The notes under the pieces: generated by a model | Told to the model about the DNA's origin: nothing | The model's input: the letters and a program-made list of their open reading frames with translations, nothing else | Databases searched by the model: none | Assembly: GCF_002105155.1 (NCBI RefSeq) | Contig: NW_019028991.1 | Location: forward strand, 806,001 to 847,032 | Source of the DNA: Lobosporangium transversale | Taxonomy: Eukaryota | DNA: 41,032 nucleotides | Direction of reading: 5' to 3' | Translations under genes and position numbers: made by a program | Shown: piece after piece, positions 36,592-41,032 of the stretch | Layout of the letters: the number at the start of each line of letters is the position of its first letter | Numbering within the stretch: the stretch's first letter is position 1

Positions 36592-39500
36592 CTTCTCCAC
36601 ATGATGGCCTCCGTCGGATGCGCTTTTCGCCATGATATAACCGCAATGCATTGTAGAAAAAGAGAACTTTAATAGAACTCTTAATCTTCATTGATGTGGT
36701 TAATTTATGAAACCAATGTCCTCAAATCGTTCTGGCGGCGTCAGAGCATTCAAACACTTGTGCTCTGTTGTATAAAGATAACCAGCAGAATGGCCCGGGT
36801 CAGGGATCGATTCCGCTGTGACATTTTTACCTGTTTGATCCAAGGAGATGAACAGTAATTATGTACCTTGAAGTATCATATACTTCTTCAGGAGAACCAC
36901 AAATGTCCTGAGAGCCTTTTCGGATACGATGGTGCTTCATTTTCCCCCCCTTTTTTTTTTTTGCGCACCTACCAGTGTTCTCCTCAATTTCTACATGTCA
37001 AAGTGGAAGTGCAACATATTGGATGAAGGGGAAAAAAAAAAAAAAAAAAAAAAAAAAGCAGAAGGAGAAGTAGCTCTTCACAATAGACGGCAAACGCCCC
37101 TTTCTATTCCACAGCCTACAGTTGCAAAGGGAAATATATATCAATTGGTTTCATCCAAGCTATTTTTTATCAATAACGAGCATCCTTTTTCAATCTTTCC
37201 CTTGGCCATTTCAAGAGACCATCATTAATCAAATTTCTATTGCACATCTCACTTACATGTTTATTTAACTCGGATCTTCCTGCTATAGAATCTGACTTGA
37301 GCTGTGATCTCTTCAAGGAGGAGCTTAATGCGGATGAGGCCAGGGATCAGTCCAGGATGCAATCAGAAAACTCTTTTGGGCCTCCACCATCTAATAATCC
37401 ATCATTACCTGACAGCATGCCCAAAAAGCCAATAATGAACGAGATTTTCAGCCAAGAGTTCTTGAACTCACTCAAAGCACCACTCGTTCAGCAACCACCT
37501 CCGCCATTAGAGTCCGCCACGAACCAGAATTTGCTCCAAGGCTTGCACACTATCGCAGCACCAACTATGCCAGATGATGATGTTTATAAGCACGTTCGGG
37601 ACAACAATGAGGGCGCTGGAGGTGAACGCAAAGAGAGTAATGAAGCATACAAGCGTGCTCTTAAGAGCTTTATTGATTCTCTAAAAGTGGCAGATCCCAT
37701 AAAGACTCCACACAAGTTTGCGCCACAACCGCTTCCAATTCTCTGGAACGAGCCAAAGATCCGATCAAGAAAATTACCTTCATTCAGCCTTGCAGACTAC
37801 AAAGATATCGCCAAAACTTCGTTAGCGAAGATGTCCATGGACACTCTCCCAACAATTGCCAAGACACCTGCTCCGAGCAAGCAAGATTCTATATCATCTT
37901 CACCTACAAACACTCACTCCATACCGAATTCCACAAATTCCTCCCCGATTTCGTCTATTGCTACATCACCTCCTGTAGATACCAAACCTAAACTCATGTC
38001 TGCTGCAAAAACATCAACTATAATGAGCGCTCTCTCGAATTCAGAACAGCAACAACACCAAGATCAGAGCCAGGAAAGTGATCAAGATGTTCAGCAGCCG
38101 AGGCAGCAGACACAGGACAAAGATTATGCTACTCAACAGAAGCAGGAGCACAAGTCCAACAGTGATCGCATCCGCAGGTCTTCATCAATCCAAAATCCTC
38201 ATCTAGCCTTCGATCCCACAATTCCTCCTTCAGAACGAGTCGAGGAGGCAAAGCCAATAAAGACACCTTTGGAGCGCCGTTCGATGGTTCAACCCATGGC
38301 CCGAAACATGGATCATGGGGAAGACAAAGATGAAGAAAATATTGGATTGAGTACTACTCGACGATCAGAGCATAAAGGGTCATTTGATGGATCACAACCA
38401 GCAGATCTTGGCAACTCTCAAGGATTGGCTATGCGCAAACGACGCTCTTTACATCAAGGTAGGTTTCATTGACTGCAGTTTTTTTTTTTTTTTTTTTTTT
38501 TTTGAAGGTGCAATACTTCCTATTGATTTGGCCACTAATAAACTGTTCATCCTTTGATTCTGGTAATTTTAGATTTGTTCAATCAGGATAAAATTCAAAG
38601 CAACGGAGAAGACGACGGATTGGAGCTGCAAAAGGACCAGGGAGGCCCTGAAGAGAATCCAAAGCCAGAATCAGTAGCAACACAGATTCCACAGTACTCC
38701 GATGCTTCTCCAGCTCGCCGAAGCACCAGACCCTTGTCTGTCAATATCCTTCCAGAGTCTCTAACCAGCCTGAACAACTATGCGATGCACCAAGAGGTAG
38801 CACAGCCAGAACGAGCAAGGAAGCTCATGGATGAGGAAACAGAAGTGTCGAAGCCTTCAGGAACACAGTCCTTAGGTCGTGCGTCAGGCACCCGTTTAGG
38901 TCGCTCTGGTAGTAGCAGTTCGGGATCGATGATGAGCCCTGCAACTCCGACTGCTTCTAATCCTTATGGCACGTTATCGGGACGTACTCTTCGACAGGCA
39001 GGTGCAGGCTCTCAGCGACTTAGTTTGACAGGTTTGAGCAGCGTATATACTAATTCGGACGCTCCAGAAGACGGAGGTGATGATAACAAGGATGATGAAT
39101 TGACTGCGCCGTTCCAGTCATTGACTCTGTCAAAACTACAAACGCCGCCTGGAGCAGCAACAAGAAATAGTGCTCGATTTTCACCGCCTTCGATGCTTCC
39201 GGTGCAACATCGTCGTGGTCTCTCATCACCAGATCAGGAATCCCAAAGGGAGACTAGATTGCCAAGTCCAATAGATCATTATGACGATTATTATCGCTCT
39301 GAAAGGGATGAGCAACAGTTTACCATGCCGCGGGGGCTACATAGTCGTCAGCCTACTACAGAGCGTAGTATTCATGACTGGGAAGAGGACTTGGATGAAC
39401 CTTCACAACGCCGATATCAGTCCAAAAGTATGAGAGAGCCAACATCAGTTCATCGGTCATCGCCTGAATTTCAAAAGGAGCAGCAGCGATTACGAGTCCA

Positions 39501-41013
39501 ACAACAGGCACGTGAGGAGGTCTATGGTCGTGGCTATAGCAATAACTATGGAGATAGTCCTGACTCTGTCGAAGATTACCAGATTCGATATAGTCGACTT
39601 CCTGCTAGTACTAGCAATAATATCAATAGCGGCGGTCATAGTAACGGTGCTTACCAACAGCAGCAGCAACACGCGCGCCACGGCCCACTTTCGCCCTCAC
39701 GGGACTATTTCTCGTCCACAACGAAATCAGGAGCTGGCTCATTGCGATTTTCACCACCGGTATCTGCGTCTACAAGATCCTCTGACCATTATAGAAGGCA
39801 GAGCAAGGATGGACATAGCCTGATGCCGGCGCCTAGAATTTCACCACCACTGACAGCAATGTCCACAGCCCGATCCAGTACTTTCAACACATTCAGCAAT
39901 CCTGGCAGTATGGGTAATAGTGGTATTGGCATGGGTAGCAATACACCAAGAAGGTCACTTTCCAATGTCGCAGGTGTAGTCATGCCAACGTCATCGCCAA
40001 TTCGTCGTTTGTCAAATAATTCGAGCAATGGTTCCACATCAGGATATGTTTCAGCACTCCCAATCATGGGTTCGGGATTATCTTATGGTGCTAATAATAA
40101 TGGATCGCTTCATGCTCGATCTGCTTCATCTGGATCAGCAACTATGAGTCAAAGAACGAGCCTTTATGCACCCACCAATATAGGATCAGGAGCCACTGCA
40201 GGGACCATGGGGGGTGCAGGATTAGGAATAGGGATGGGAGCTGGACCGCGAGGAGTCCAAACATTGACGGACGGAGTGCAATCCTCAGTTAATCTAAGGA
40301 GATCTTCATCCACTCTGATTCCATCTACGAGGCGTACTTCCGGACCTTATTCATCTACATCCAATGTCACAATCCCGACTCCCATGACTTCCGGAATTCG
40401 TGGACCGAGCCGTAGTAGTGCCGGCGGTATACCCGGTCCAATTCCATCGTCGTCATCATCTTCCGAGTATGCTCGTGTATATGTCTCTCCACGTTCGAGT
40501 ATAAGTGGCGCCAGTGGTGGGTATGGCGCAGGTTCTGGTGCAGGTTCTAGTGGATTTAGAACATCGCAGTTGATGAATGACGATGGCTATTCGTACAAGC
40601 TAGAGGCGCCGATGCGCCATTCATCATTGGGAGTGGCATCTGGGAACGCAGTGTTCAACAGCAATAGCAATATTAGCGGCTTGAACAGAAGCAACACAAT
40701 GAATGCTCGCGGTAGTTATGGTGGCATGAGCAATAGTGCAAGCACCAGTATGTTGGTCCAACCATCTTCATCAACCTCCGCGTCGATCGTGCCATCACCC
40801 TCACAAATTCGACGGACGTCGTCTATCCCATCTGGTGGAAGTGGGGGCAGTAGTGGGATAGCAAGCTATGGTGGCCATGGTATTGGGAGCAGTGGATCCA
40901 TGACTCTTGGAAGAAGCAGTGGAATGGCAGCTCATCGACAATATCAATCTTCACACCAATATCAGCAGCCTCTTCAGTCATACCAACGTACATCCATGTA
41001 TGCATATCATTAG
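35752..41013 (+). CDS. Large Ser/Gly/Pro/Arg-rich intrinsically disordered protein, about 1403 aa, function unknown
   Basis: Exons 35752-36352, 37289-38458, 38573-41013 (gtaggt..tag twice, both phase 1; 4212 nt) join three long ORFs in frame. No recognisable domain. Confidence 0.75.
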
Positions 41014-41032
41014 AAGCAACTACGTCTATATG

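Overview
Intron-rich eukaryotic nuclear DNA from an early-diverging fungus, most likely Mortierellaceae. This is inferred from a Mortierella-type F-box/LRR gene, a SCAI gene, UGO1, short GT-AG introns and very frequent long A/T homopolymers. I reconstructed 13 protein-coding genes by hand with frame-consistent splice sites: a truncated low-complexity protein, ZNG1/CBWD, UGO1, a bacterial-type RNase P protein (RnpA)-like gene with a mitochondrial presequence, SCAI, a membrane-anchored pepsin-like protease, a GT-A glycosyltransferase-like protein, an F-box/LRR protein, an orphan 7TM protein, a C2H2 transcription factor, PAB1, a GPI-anchored cupredoxin-like protein and a 1403-aa disordered protein. 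Top leads: (1) the RnpA-like gene, a candidate protein partner for a bacteria-like mitochondrial RNase P RNA; (2) a PAB1 intron tiled with hairpins, two A-tracts and a candidate poison exon, suggesting autoregulation; (3) an intergenic orphan box C/D RNA candidate. No tRNA, rRNA, CRISPR or transposon was recognised. All family assignments come from recalled motifs, not database searches.
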